From an uncultured Clostridia bacterium (GTDB taxonomy: Bacteria; Bacillota; Clostridia; UBA1381), in NCBI GenBank assembly GCA_944392335.1, contig CALXWJ010000005.1, forward strand, positions 9 through 64,008: a stretch of DNA of 64,000 bases, given 5' to 3'. Within the stretch, counting starts at the first letter, position 1, and the number at the start of each line of letters is the position of its first letter. The notes under the pieces were generated by a model. The model did no database searches. It saw only the letters and a program-made list of their open reading frames with translations, and had not been told where the DNA came from. A program made the translations under genes and the position numbers. Below, in pieces: positions 8,565 through 17,943 of the stretch.

Positions 8565-9773
8565 ATGTTTGAAATCAAAGGAAAATCAAATACCGCGATA
8601 TGCTATGCTACAGTAGTTGAAGATGAAGCCATTGAGCAGATCCGGAGAATGTGTGACTATGATTTTACAAGCGGATCCAAGATCCGGATTATGCCGGATG
8701 TCCATGCCGGAAAGGGATGTACAATCGGTACTACTATGACGATTACAGACAAAGCAGTACCCAACATCGTCGGCGTCGATATAGGATGCGGCATGTATAC
8801 CGTGGAGCTCGGACAGGTCAATATTGATTTTGAGAAAGTAGACGAAGCTGCTCACTTTATTCCCGGCGGCAGAGATGTCTGGGAGGGCCGTATGGAGCGT
8901 TTCGATCTTACCGGCCTTTGCTGTTATAGAAATTTGAAGAATACAAAGCGTCTGGAAAGGAGTTTGGGTACTTTAGGCGGCGGCAACCATTTTATCGAGA
9001 TAGACGCTTCATCAGACGGCACCAAATATCTGGTTATACACTCCGGCAGCCGTAACTTGGGTAAGCAGGTCGCTGAGTATTATCAGCAGCTTGCCATTGA
9101 CCTGAATTCCGGAAAGGAAGACTACTTTAAAAAGAAAGATGAGCTGATACTTACTTATAAAGAGCAAGGCCGTCGTGCGGAGATTCAGACTGCTTTGAAG
9201 GCTATGGAAAAGGAGTGGCAAGCAAAAGAGCCTACTATTCCTGCAGATCTTTGCTACCTTTACGATTCCTATCTGGAGGATTATTTGCACGATGTTGAGA
9301 TCTGCCAGCAGTTTGCAAAGCGCAGCCGTGAAAGAATGGCACAGATCATCTTAGAGCATACCGGAATGGCTGCTCTGTCAGCGTTTCACACAATACATAA
9401 TTATATCGATACTGAGGAGATGATCCTGCGTAAGGGCGCAATTTCTGCACATAAAGATGAGCTTGTTTTGATCCCTATCAATATGAGGGACGGAAGCGTG
9501 CTGGCAAGAGGAAAGGGAAATCCTGATTGGAACTTCTCCGCGCCGCATGGCGCCGGCAGGATCATGTCAAGAGCCAAGGCAAGGGAGACGCTTGACCCGG
9601 AGGAATACAAGATGACAATGGAAGGTATTTATACCACTTCCGTAAATGAAGCAACAATCGACGAAGCGCCGATGGCGTATAAGTCTCTTGCCGATATCAT
9701 AGGTGATATCCGGGAGTCCGTCGATGTGGTAGAAATTTTGAAACCTATTTATAACTTTAAGGCGTCGGACTAA
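8565..9773 (+). CDS. rtcB: RtcB-family RNA 3'-phosphate/2',3'-cyclic phosphate ligase
   Basis: Motifs MPDVHAGKG, GVDIGCGM, GGGNHFIE, HSGSRNLG and PHGAGR. Start set to ATG 8565 (MFEIKG...) behind RBS AAAGGAG; the ORF-track extension from 8487 runs through RNA module E. Confidence 0.92.
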   Translation: MFEIKGKSNTAICYATVVEDEAIEQIRRMCDYDFTSGSKIRIMPDVHAGKGCTIGTTMTITDKAVPNIVGVDIGCGMYTVELGQVNIDFEKVDEAAHFIPGGRDVWEGRMERFDLTGLCCYRNLKNTKRLERSLGTLGGGNHFIEIDASSDGTKYLVIHSGSRNLGKQVAEYYQQLAIDLNSGKEDYFKKKDELILTYKEQGRRAEIQTALKAMEKEWQAKEPTIPADLCYLYDSYLEDYLHDVEICQQFAKRSRERMAQIILEHTGMAALSAFHTIHNYIDTEEMILRKGAISAHKDELVLIPINMRDGSVLARGKGNPDWNFSAPHGAGRIMSRAKARETLDPEEYKMTMEGIYTTSVNEATIDEAPMAYKSLADIIGDIRESVDVVEILKPIYNFKASD

Positions 9774-9810
9774 TGGATTCTGACGGGCTGTATATGAACG
9801 GAGGGAAAAA

Positions 9811-11274
9811 ATGTTAAACTATTTGAAAGAAGAATCTGATATGACTCTGACCGAAAACGGTGCAGCAGCCTATAAAAGCACCTCATCCTGTTGTTTGGAT
9901 CTGTTTGCCGTCATTGGTGCAATCCGCAGAGAGTCTGAGAAGGAGATCATTGACCGGTTTATAAAGGCGTATGCTGAGAACAGCGATATCGCGATGAAAA
10001 TCCTGTTTTTCGGCCGTGATGTGCGCGGAGGTTTGGGTGAGCGCCGGGTGTTTCGTGTTATCCTGAACTGGCTGGCAGATCACGAGCCGGAGTCTTTGCG
10101 TAAAAATATCGCATTGATTCCGGAGTACGGCCGATTTGATGACCTGGCGTCCTTGATTGGTACTGCATGCGAGGAGGATGCAATGAAGGTGATCCGTGAT
10201 CAGTTAAAAAAGGATATGGAGAAAGATGCAGAGGTTTCTTTACTTGCAAAATGGCTTCCTTCTGTCAACGCGACCAACAAGGAGACTGTACATATTGGTA
10301 AACGAATCGCCCGTTATCTTGGCATGAGCGATGCTCAGTATCGTAAGACCCTCGTGGGGCTGCGCAAAAAAATCCATATCGTGGAGAACAACCTGCGTGA
10401 AAAAGATTACTCTTTTGACTACTCCAAGCAGCCGTCAAAAGCAATGTTTAAGTATCGAAAAGCGTTTGCAAGAAACGACGGTGAGCGTTACCGGCAGTTT
10501 CTGGAGCAGGTGCAAAACGGTACAGCCACCATACATACCGGTACTTTGATGCCGTATGATATCATCGCTCCATGCTTTGGAGACTTGTCTGCAAGACGCA
10601 GAATACCTGAATCCGAACGCAGAGCAATGGATGTTTCATGGAATTCTTTAGAGGATTTCGGTACAAACGAGAATGCTCTCGTAGTTGTTGACGGTTCAGG
10701 TTCTATGTATGCCTATGACGGGCCTATGCCGATAGCAGTGGCATTGTCTTTGGGAATTTATTTTGCAGAGCGTAATACCGGAGTATTTCGTAACCATTTT
10801 ATTACTTTTTCCGAAAGACCTCAGTTGGTGGAGATCAAAGGAAGGGATATAGTTGAAAAGGTCAGGTACTGTGCTGAGTATAATGAGGTCGCAAACACTA
10901 ATCTTCAAGCTGTGTTCGAGCTGATTTTAAAGGCTGCGGTAAAACATTCTGTTTTGCAGGAGGAGATGCCTAAAAAGCTTTATATCGTTTCGGATATGGA
11001 GTTTGATAGTTGTATATGCAAAGCAGATGTCACCAACTTTTCATATGCGAAGAAGTTATTTGAAGACAATGGATACCATTTGCCTGAGATAGTGTTTTGG
11101 AATGTGGCAAGCAGAAATAGGCAGCAGCCTGTCACAAAAAATGAGATGGGTGTGGCGCTTGTTTCGGGCTGTACCCCAAGACTCTTTTCAATGGTAGCCG
11201 GTGGCGCAGCTTCCCCTTATACCGTGATGATGGAGATCATCGAGTCAGAGCGTTATGCGGTTATTTCCGCATAA
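9811..11274 (+). CDS. DUF2828-like protein with C-terminal vWA domain (possible divergent Ro/TROVE analogue)
   Basis: N-terminus LTENGAAAYKSTSSCCLDLF and FGRDVRGGLGER match my recollection of the DUF2828 family. MIDAS-like VVVDGSGSM at mid-protein, and VSDMEFD. RBS GGAGGG upstream. Confidence 0.65.
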   Translation: MLNYLKEESDMTLTENGAAAYKSTSSCCLDLFAVIGAIRRESEKEIIDRFIKAYAENSDIAMKILFFGRDVRGGLGERRVFRVILNWLADHEPESLRKNIALIPEYGRFDDLASLIGTACEEDAMKVIRDQLKKDMEKDAEVSLLAKWLPSVNATNKETVHIGKRIARYLGMSDAQYRKTLVGLRKKIHIVENNLREKDYSFDYSKQPSKAMFKYRKAFARNDGERYRQFLEQVQNGTATIHTGTLMPYDIIAPCFGDLSARRRIPESERRAMDVSWNSLEDFGTNENALVVVDGSGSMYAYDGPMPIAVALSLGIYFAERNTGVFRNHFITFSERPQLVEIKGRDIVEKVRYCAEYNEVANTNLQAVFELILKAAVKHSVLQEEMPKKLYIVSDMEFDSCICKADVTNFSYAKKLFEDNGYHLPEIVFWNVASRNRQQPVTKNEMGVALVSGCTPRLFSMVAGGAASPYTVMMEIIESERYAVISA

Positions 11275-11293
11275 TCCGGTCAAGCCTGTCTTT

Positions 11294-11326
11294 AAAGAGG
11301 TGATGGATGCAAGCATCACCTCTTTT
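11294..11326 (+). terminator. Intrinsic terminator after the rtcB-DUF2828 pair
   Basis: AAAGAGGTGATG-loop-CATCACCTCTTT hairpin followed by a short T run. Confidence 0.7.
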
Positions 11327-11581
11327 GGTATCAAGAACGAAACATTCCAAAAAGAAAGCAGGAGATGATTATGAGACCCGGGAACAAGAAAGCTGATAAA
11401 AAAGATTTGCACCTTTTTGAGCAGCTGCTGCCGTTACAGAAGATATTCTTGCTTTATTAATGATATTGCTGATTAACAGCATTCAAAAAAAGCAACAGAG
11501 ACAGTACACATATATTTTTATATCAAAGGTAAAAGCCTCCAGCATAAAAGCAGGCGGCTTGATTACATACAGCAATTGGTT

Positions 11582-12478
11582 TTAATGATTTTTTTTGTAT
11601 TCTTTCGGCAGCATTTGAAAGTAGCCTTTAAAAGCAGTTGAAAATTTGCTTTGACTGTCATAACCCACAGCTGATGCGACTTCAGCAATACTCATATTTG
11701 ATTCCAGCAGCATTTTAGCCGCTTCCCTCATCCGGTGTTCTTTCATATGTGCGGCAATAGATGTCCCGTAAACAGATTTAAACAACGATTTCATTGTAGT
11801 AGGATTGATGAAATATTGCTTTGATAATTCCTCAATGGTGAAACGCCGGTTGAGATTGTGCAAAAGTTGTTCATGAATTTTGCGTATTACTTCTATTTGA
11901 TCAGTTTGATACCCTGTTATACGATGACCGGAGATATTTTCTGCTTGATAAAGATAAAGCAGCAGCTCAAGCACCTTTATTTTTTGATATGCCAATTGCA
12001 TATTCATCGGTTGATTGTAAAAAAACTGAAAGATACATTCTGTCTGTTCATTTCCCGTCAGAGAGATAAAAGTCTCATTTTTACATAGTTTTTCATACAG
12101 TGTAGTGCCGGTGATCCCTGTTTCAAGCAACAGCTGCGGCGGATTTTTTGTCAACTCATTCAAATCAATATAAATCATAATGCCTTCATAACAGTTATTT
12201 GGCAGGTTAATTTCAGAGTCAGCACATAATTTCATTGTATGGATAGAAAAGTCTCCAGCACCTAGATAAACATAGTTTCCTTTTTCCAACTTCCAACCGA
12301 TTCGCCCGCTGTGACAATAATTAATTACCATAATATGGTCGTATTGTTTATGATGAATGGAAAAATTATTCCCTGTAAGGGATAAATAACGCAATTCTAT
12401 TCCCGAAAAGAGGAGAATTGTGTTTATATCCTCAATACAAGACAACTTTTGTTGTATTTGACTTAGTTCTTGTTTCAT
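11582..12478 (-). CDS. AraC-family transcriptional regulator (N-terminal cupin-like sensor)
   Basis: C-terminal double HTH (..FTIEELSKQYFINPTTMKSLFKSVYG.. / ..SIAEVASAVGYDSQSKFSTAFKGYF..). Start set to MKQELSQ behind AGGAG. Confidence 0.8.
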   Translation of the reverse strand: MKQELSQIQQKLSCIEDINTILLFSGIELRYLSLTGNNFSIHHKQYDHIMVINYCHSGRIGWKLEKGNYVYLGAGDFSIHTMKLCADSEINLPNNCYEGIMIYIDLNELTKNPPQLLLETGITGTTLYEKLCKNETFISLTGNEQTECIFQFFYNQPMNMQLAYQKIKVLELLLYLYQAENISGHRITGYQTDQIEVIRKIHEQLLHNLNRRFTIEELSKQYFINPTTMKSLFKSVYGTSIAAHMKEHRMREAAKMLLESNMSIAEVASAVGYDSQSKFSTAFKGYFQMLPKEYKKNH

Positions 12479-12494
12479 TGTTGTATCTCCTAAA

Positions 12495-12863
12495 TTATCG
12501 GTTTGGACAGGCAACCTCAATAACCTTCTCTATCATTTTATGAAGCAAGCGGCTTTGCTCCGTGTCTGATGCGTGATAATAAACCTCTTTTCCATCTCGA
12601 CGGCTTGTAACTAACCCGCTGCTGCGAAGCAGCCGCAGGTGATGTGAAACTGCCGGGCTGGATATATCCAGCATTGCGGAAATATTGATAACACATTCTT
12701 CACAGTGGCATAAAAGCCAAAAAAGCCTGATTCGTGTTGTGTCACCCAATTGCTTAAAAATGTCAGCAATCATTTGAAATTTCTCAATATTGTTTAATTC
12801 TTTCTTTATGCTGCGAGAAATGGTTTCATCGTTGTGCTTGTGTGGTAATATATTATTTTTCAT
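12495..12863 (-). CDS. ArsR/SmtB-family metal-sensing repressor (CadC-like)
   Basis: Motifs LGDTTRIRLFWLL, CEECV and ISSPAVSHHLRLLRSSGLV. Start set to MKNNILP behind AAGAGG. Divergent from the metal ATPase genes. Confidence 0.8.
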   Translation of the reverse strand: MKNNILPHKHNDETISRSIKKELNNIEKFQMIADIFKQLGDTTRIRLFWLLCHCEECVINISAMLDISSPAVSHHLRLLRSSGLVTSRRDGKEVYYHASDTEQSRLLHKMIEKVIEVACPNR

Positions 12864-13028
12864 ATTTATACCTCTTTTTCTCCCGATTAGAAATGCTTTT
12901 CTCCCTTTCGGCAAGAAGAACATTCAAAGTATTGACTTCTTTGCATATTGATATTATACTATAGATACAACAATTAAACAAGTATTTAATCGTAAAATTA
13001 ATAAAAAATTCAGAAAGGAAGATCATAA

Positions 13029-13247
13029 ATGAAAAAAACTTATAAAATTGAAGTGGACTGTGCAAACTGTGCTAATCTGATGGAAGATGCTGCCCGTAAA
13101 ACAAACGGCGTACAGAACGTTACAGTAAACTTTATGACACAGAAAATGATCGTTGAGTTTGACGACGGACAGGAGCAGCAGGATGTTATGCAGAGAGTTA
13201 TCGCTGCCTGCAAAAAAGTAGAGCCGGACTGTGAAATTTTTATGTAA
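13029..13247 (+). CDS. Heavy-metal-associated (HMA) domain protein
   Basis: 72-aa ferredoxin-like fold pattern with a metal site DCANCA. Sits immediately upstream of the P1B ATPase. Confidence 0.7.
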   Translation: MKKTYKIEVDCANCANLMEDAARKTNGVQNVTVNFMTQKMIVEFDDGQEQQDVMQRVIAACKKVEPDCEIFM

Positions 13248-13358
13248 TATAGACTGTTTTTGACTAATGCACTTTGAATACGGTCATGGCAGTTTTAAGG
13301 TGTTATTTTCACTGCACAACAATTAAACAATTGAGCAATTTTTGAAGGGAGTTTTTAT

Positions 13359-15374
13359 ATGCAAGAACTAATAATAAACATATTGTTAGGTGTTGTTATC
13401 TTAACAGCTCTGATACTTCTTGCCGTTATCGGCAGCCGCAAGAATGGTATGACAAAAAAACAAAAAACGATTATGGTGCGTATTTTGATTTCTTCAGCTA
13501 TGCTGTTGGGATTGCAGTTTCTCTCGTCAGAAATGTTTTCACAGCTTGACGAATATCTGTTTTTGTCAGCAGGACGTTGGATGCGCTTTATTTTATATTT
13601 GATCGACTATTTTATTATCGGTTATGATATTTTGAAAAAAGCTTTCAAAGGAATACTTAATCGCCGGGTATTTGATGAAAATTTTTTGATGGCAGTTGCA
13701 ACTGTAGGGGCATTGGCATTAGCGGTGTATGAAAACGGAGATTATTTGGAAGCTATTGCGGTTATGTTGTTTTACCAAATCGGAGAATGGTTTCAGAGCT
13801 ATGCTGTAGGAAAAAGCCGCCGAAATATCAGCGATCTGATGGATATCCGCCCTGATTACGCTAATATTGAGAGAAATGGAACGATAGAACATGTTGCTCC
13901 TGATGAAGTTGGAATTGGCAGCGTAATCGTAGTGCAGCCGGGTGAAAAGGTGCCGATTGACGGTATTATTGTTGAAGGCAATTCCAGCTTGAATACAAGT
14001 GCTTTGACAGGCGAGAGTATTCCTCGTGAGGCTAAGGCCGGCGATGAGATAATCAGCGGCTGTATCAATATGACCGGCGTTTTGAAAATTCAAACTACAA
14101 AAGAATTTGAAGAATCCACGGTTTCCAAAATATTGGATTTGGTTGAGAATGCCAGTTCCAGGAAGTCCAGGTCAGAGAGCTTTATTTCAAGATTCGCAAA
14201 AATTTATACGCCTGCTGTGTGTTACAGCGCGTTGGCTTTAGCAATTTTCCCTCCGTTGATCCGTATGCTTGCAATGGGATTATCTGCTGATTGGGGAACG
14301 TGGATATACAGAGCTTTGACATTCCTTGTAATAAGCTGTCCGTGCGCGCTTGTTATCAGTATCCCTCTTAGCTTTTTTGCCGGAATCGGCGGAGCAAGCC
14401 AGGCAGGAATTTTAGTAAAAGGCTCTAACTATCTGGAAACGCTTTCAAAAGTAAAAACAGTTGTATTTGACAAAACGGGAACACTTACACAGGGCGTTTT
14501 TGAAGTAAACGGAATTCATCATAATGAAATGGAAAATGCAAAGCTCATTGAGTATGCTGCACTGGCGGAAAGCGCCTCGTCGCATCCAATCAGCAAGAGC
14601 TTGCAGCGGGCTTACGGAAAAGAGATCGATCGTTCCCGTGTAAGTGATATTCAGGAAATCAGCGGCAACGGTGTTATTGCTAAAGTAGACGGTATCGAGG
14701 TTGCCGCAGGCAATGATAAACTGATGAAGCAGCTCAACATCGCATATATAGACTGCCATAGTACGGGAACGATCATTCATATGGCAATCGGAGGTGAATA
14801 CAGCGGACATATTGTTATTTCCGATATTGTAAAGCCCCATTCGAAGGAAGCGGTTTCTTCTTTGAAGGCAGAAGGTGTTGAAAAAACGGTTATGCTGACC
14901 GGTGATGCAAAAAAGGTTTCTGAGCAGGTTGGTGCATCTCTTGGTATTGATACCGTTTACAGTGAGCTTCTTCCTGCGGATAAGGTGTCTAAGGTTGAAG
15001 ATTTACTGAAGACGAAAACCCCAAATGCAAAATTGGCTTTTGTAGGTGACGGTATCAATGACGCACCGGTATTGTCAAGAGCAGATATTGGAATCGCAAT
15101 GGGCGCACTGGGATCGGATGCCGCAATCGAGGCGGCAGACATTGTTTTGATGGACGATGATCCTATAAAAATCTCAAAAGCAATTAAAATTTCGAGAAAA
15201 TGTTTACGAATTGTATATGAGAATATTGCTCTGGCATTGGGAATCAAGTTTGCCTGCTTAATATTGGGCGCTTTAGGTATAGCAAATATGTATTTGGCAA
15301 TTTTTGCTGATGTAGGCGTAATGATTATTGCGGTACTCAACGCGATTCGCTGTCTGTACGTGAAAAAGCTGTAA
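13359..15374 (+). CDS. P1B-type heavy-metal (Cd/Zn/Co-type) translocating ATPase
   Basis: Motifs TGES, SCPCALVISIP (CPC), DKTGTLT and GDGINDAP. Confidence 0.9.
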   Translation: MQELIINILLGVVILTALILLAVIGSRKNGMTKKQKTIMVRILISSAMLLGLQFLSSEMFSQLDEYLFLSAGRWMRFILYLIDYFIIGYDILKKAFKGILNRRVFDENFLMAVATVGALALAVYENGDYLEAIAVMLFYQIGEWFQSYAVGKSRRNISDLMDIRPDYANIERNGTIEHVAPDEVGIGSVIVVQPGEKVPIDGIIVEGNSSLNTSALTGESIPREAKAGDEIISGCINMTGVLKIQTTKEFEESTVSKILDLVENASSRKSRSESFISRFAKIYTPAVCYSALALAIFPPLIRMLAMGLSADWGTWIYRALTFLVISCPCALVISIPLSFFAGIGGASQAGILVKGSNYLETLSKVKTVVFDKTGTLTQGVFEVNGIHHNEMENAKLIEYAALAESASSHPISKSLQRAYGKEIDRSRVSDIQEISGNGVIAKVDGIEVAAGNDKLMKQLNIAYIDCHSTGTIIHMAIGGEYSGHIVISDIVKPHSKEAVSSLKAEGVEKTVMLTGDAKKVSEQVGASLGIDTVYSELLPADKVSKVEDLLKTKTPNAKLAFVGDGINDAPVLSRADIGIAMGALGSDAAIEAADIVLMDDDPIKISKAIKISRKCLRIVYENIALALGIKFACLILGALGIANMYLAIFADVGVMIIAVLNAIRCLYVKKL

Positions 15375-15629
15375 GGAATGATGATTTATTATTACACAGA
15401 ATTTAAGTGATAAGAATTAGATGTGACTGACAGGCTTCTTTTATATCACCGGTTATGCGGTTCGTAAAAGGCTATTGTATTCAGGTGAAGAAAACCGTAT
15501 AGCATGACGGATAAGCTTTTATGTATAGCAGAATAACAGAAAGAATACTCAGTAATATCAGAACAGATATAGAAATGAAAAATTTATCCCCCGTAACATA
15601 TCAACACATAATTGTTACAGGGGAATTTT

Positions 15630-15947
15630 TCATTTCATCTTTTCTTTATAAGCTGTACCCCACTCGACCATAGAATCCAAAATCGGTTTTAAACTATAGC
15701 CTGTTTCAGTGAGAGTATATTCAACCCGCGGCGGTACTTCGGGAAAAACCTTTCTTGTCAAGAGACCGCTTTCCTCCATAGAACGTAAATTGGCGGTGAG
15801 CACCTTTTGAGATATCGATCCTACAGATTTTTTCAGTTCTCCGAACCGCTTTGTCCCCTCTAACAAATCACGTATAATAAGTACCTTCCAACGGTCTGAA
15901 ATAAGCATTAAAGTGGTTTCGACAGGGCAAGCCGGTAATTCTTTTTG
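15630..15947 (-). CDS. HxlR-family winged-helix transcriptional regulator
   Basis: CPVETTLMLISDRWKVLIIRDLL..KRFGELKKS..ISQKVLTANLRSMEESGLL..PPRVEYTLT. Start set to MQKELPA behind AAGGAG. Confidence 0.85.
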   Translation of the reverse strand, partial: QKELPACPVETTLMLISDRWKVLIIRDLLEGTKRFGELKKSVGSISQKVLTANLRSMEESGLLTRKVFPEVPPRVEYTLTETGYSLKPILDSMVEWGTAYKEKMK

Positions 15948-16062
15948 CATAATAAGCTCCTTTCTCTTTTGTATCAATAAGAAACCAAATATCTATTATG
16001 CTATAAGTATAACACTGATACGCCCTGTTGTCAAGACTGAAAACATCTATGGTTTCCAAAGA

Positions 16063-16118
16063 GTAACTATACCACAAAAAAGTGCTTACTTTACAAAAAA
16101 AACTGTTTAAAGTATAAT
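16063..16118 (+). promoter_or_regulatory. 35-bp shared box (16063-16097) overlapping promoter TTTACA-17 nt-TATAAT of the macro/SirTM operon
   Basis: 33/35 nt identical to 17837-17871. The -35 lies inside the box with the same geometry at both sites. Confidence 0.5.
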
Positions 16119-16151
16119 AAAAATAATATATGAATATGGAAGGCGATAGAT

Positions 16152-16922
16152 ATGACACAAAACGAAAGACGTTTATTTTTGCTTGATTATTTGATAAACG
16201 AGTCAACACAATACAAAGATTTATATATTCCCAAAAAAGAACGGGAACAAAAACAACTTTTACGTGCTTTACTGAATGTCCGCCCGGCAAAAATGAGTTC
16301 AGATACATTTTTGGAAATACAGGACGAATATTTACAGCATGAAATTCAGCACAAGGGAATAACAGACTGCAAAGATTTGCCCTTTGTGCGTGAGAAAATC
16401 AGTATATGGCAGGGGGATATTACCACTCTTCGATGCGGTGCGATTGTGAATGCCGCGAACTCGGCAATGCTCGGATGCTTTGTCCCTTGTCATGGCTGTA
16501 TTGACAACGCAATACATACATATGCAGGTATACAGCTTCGCATGGAGTGTCATGATATTATGCGGAAACAAGGCAGCGCGGAGCCTACAGGACATGCAAA
16601 AATTACAAGAGCATATAATTTGCCATGTGAGTATATTTTGCATACGGTAGGTCCGGTGATAACAGGCAAGCTTACCGAAATGGACTGTGATTTACTTGCG
16701 TCCTGTTATTGGTCCTGTCTGCAATTGGCGGAGGAACACAATGTGAGATCGGTTGCATTTTGCTGTATTTCAACGGGTGAATTTCATTTCCCCAATGAAA
16801 AGGCGGCTGAAATCGCGATAGAAACTGTTACAAAATATCTTAAAAAATCCAAAATAGAAAGGGTGATTTTTAATGTTTTCAAAGACTCTGACAAAGCAAT
16901 CTACGAAAGATTATTGGGATAA
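16152..16922 (+). CDS. Macrodomain protein-ADP-ribose hydrolase (SirTM-associated type)
   Basis: Motifs WQGDIT..GAIVNAANS..GCIDNAIH..ILHTVGPV, and the about 90-aa N-terminal extension typical of Firmicutes macro proteins paired with SirTM. Confidence 0.8.
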   Translation: MTQNERRLFLLDYLINESTQYKDLYIPKKEREQKQLLRALLNVRPAKMSSDTFLEIQDEYLQHEIQHKGITDCKDLPFVREKISIWQGDITTLRCGAIVNAANSAMLGCFVPCHGCIDNAIHTYAGIQLRMECHDIMRKQGSAEPTGHAKITRAYNLPCEYILHTVGPVITGKLTEMDCDLLASCYWSCLQLAEEHNVRSVAFCCISTGEFHFPNEKAAEIAIETVTKYLKKSKIERVIFNVFKDSDKAIYERLLG

Positions 16923-17742
16923 GATCGATCAGCTTAAAAATCTGCTGCATGAGGAAAATGCTGTAGTGATAGGTGCGGGTGCGGGGCTTTCAGCTTCTGC
17001 CGGTTTTGAATATACGGGAGAAAGGTTTAATAAATATTTTTCTGACTATAAGGCAAAATATGGCTTTAATGATATGTATTACGGTGGTTTTTATCCTTAT
17101 CGGACACAGGAAGAATTTTGGGCATATTGGTCGAGATACATTATGGTAAATCGGTATATGGACGCACCAAAGCCTGTATATTCCGAATTGCTGTCAATTG
17201 TAAAAGATAAGGACTATTTTGTGCTGACAACGAATGTAGACCATCAATTTCAAAAGGCGGGATTTGATAAAAAACGTCTGTTTTATACGCAGGGGGATTA
17301 CGGCTTGTTTCAATGTTCAAAACCGTGCCATGATAAAACCTATGACAATGAAGAAATCATAAAAGAGATGTTAAAAAAACAACAGGACATGAAAATCCCG
17401 TCAGAGCTTATTCCCAAATGTCCTGTATGCGGTGAGTCTATGACAATGAATTTACGTTCGGATGATACTTTTGTGCAGGATAAAGGATGGTATCAGGCTG
17501 CCGCGCGTTATGAGGATTTCATAAAGCGTAATCATTCGGCAAAAATTCTGTTTTTGGAGCTTGGCGTCGGCGCAAATACCCCGATAATTATAAAATATCC
17601 GTTCTGGCAAATGACCGCTGAGAATAAAAATGCCGTTTATGTCTGTATTAACCAGGGCGAGGCAGTATGCCCTGCCGAAATTGAGAAGCGGTCAATTTGT
17701 ATCAATAATGATATAGGTGCAGTGTTGAAAGCGTTGAAATAA
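16873..17742 (+). CDS. Class-M sirtuin (SirTM-like, ADP-ribosyltransferase type)
   Basis: Motifs VVIGAGAGLSASAG, TTNVDHQF and FYTQGDYGLFQC (Gln where deacetylase sirtuins have the catalytic His), plus zinc-like CxxC..CPVCG. Overlaps the macro gene by 50 nt; no alternative start upstream of the Rossmann strand. Confidence 0.75.
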   Translation: MFSKTLTKQSTKDYWDKIDQLKNLLHEENAVVIGAGAGLSASAGFEYTGERFNKYFSDYKAKYGFNDMYYGGFYPYRTQEEFWAYWSRYIMVNRYMDAPKPVYSELLSIVKDKDYFVLTTNVDHQFQKAGFDKKRLFYTQGDYGLFQCSKPCHDKTYDNEEIIKEMLKKQQDMKIPSELIPKCPVCGESMTMNLRSDDTFVQDKGWYQAAARYEDFIKRNHSAKILFLELGVGANTPIIIKYPFWQMTAENKNAVYVCINQGEAVCPAEIEKRSICINNDIGAVLKALK

Positions 17743-17836
17743 AAAATTTAAATTTTTTTAATTTGTTAAAAGGTGTGAAAATCCCTTTATTTACACAAAA
17801 GTTTCCATTAAGTAACCACCCAATAGTATCTTATAG

Positions 17837-17892
17837 GTAACTACAGCACAAAAAAGTGCTTACTTTACAAATAGAATAAAAGCTGTTATACT
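17837..17892 (+). promoter_or_regulatory. Second copy of the 35-bp box (17837-17871) overlapping promoter TTTACA-17 nt-TATACT
   Basis: See 16063-16118. The box sits upstream of the 17944 gene. Confidence 0.5.
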
Positions 17893-17943
17893 GAATTCAA
17901 GAGCTGAGGGTAACGCCTCAAAATTTGAAAGGAGCGAAACACT

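Noticed and set aside
11371-11460. 29-codon ORF MRPGNKKADKKDLHLFEQLLPLQKIFLLY with an upstream AGGAG, just after the rtcB-operon terminator.
   Set aside because: It is very short, with no recognisable family and no conservation evidence available. It could be real but is unsupported.
15868-16308. 146-aa minus-strand ORF spanning the hxlR/macro intergenic region.
   Set aside because: It overlaps both promoters and the starts of two supported genes, and is A+T-rich and low-complexity. It is likely spurious.
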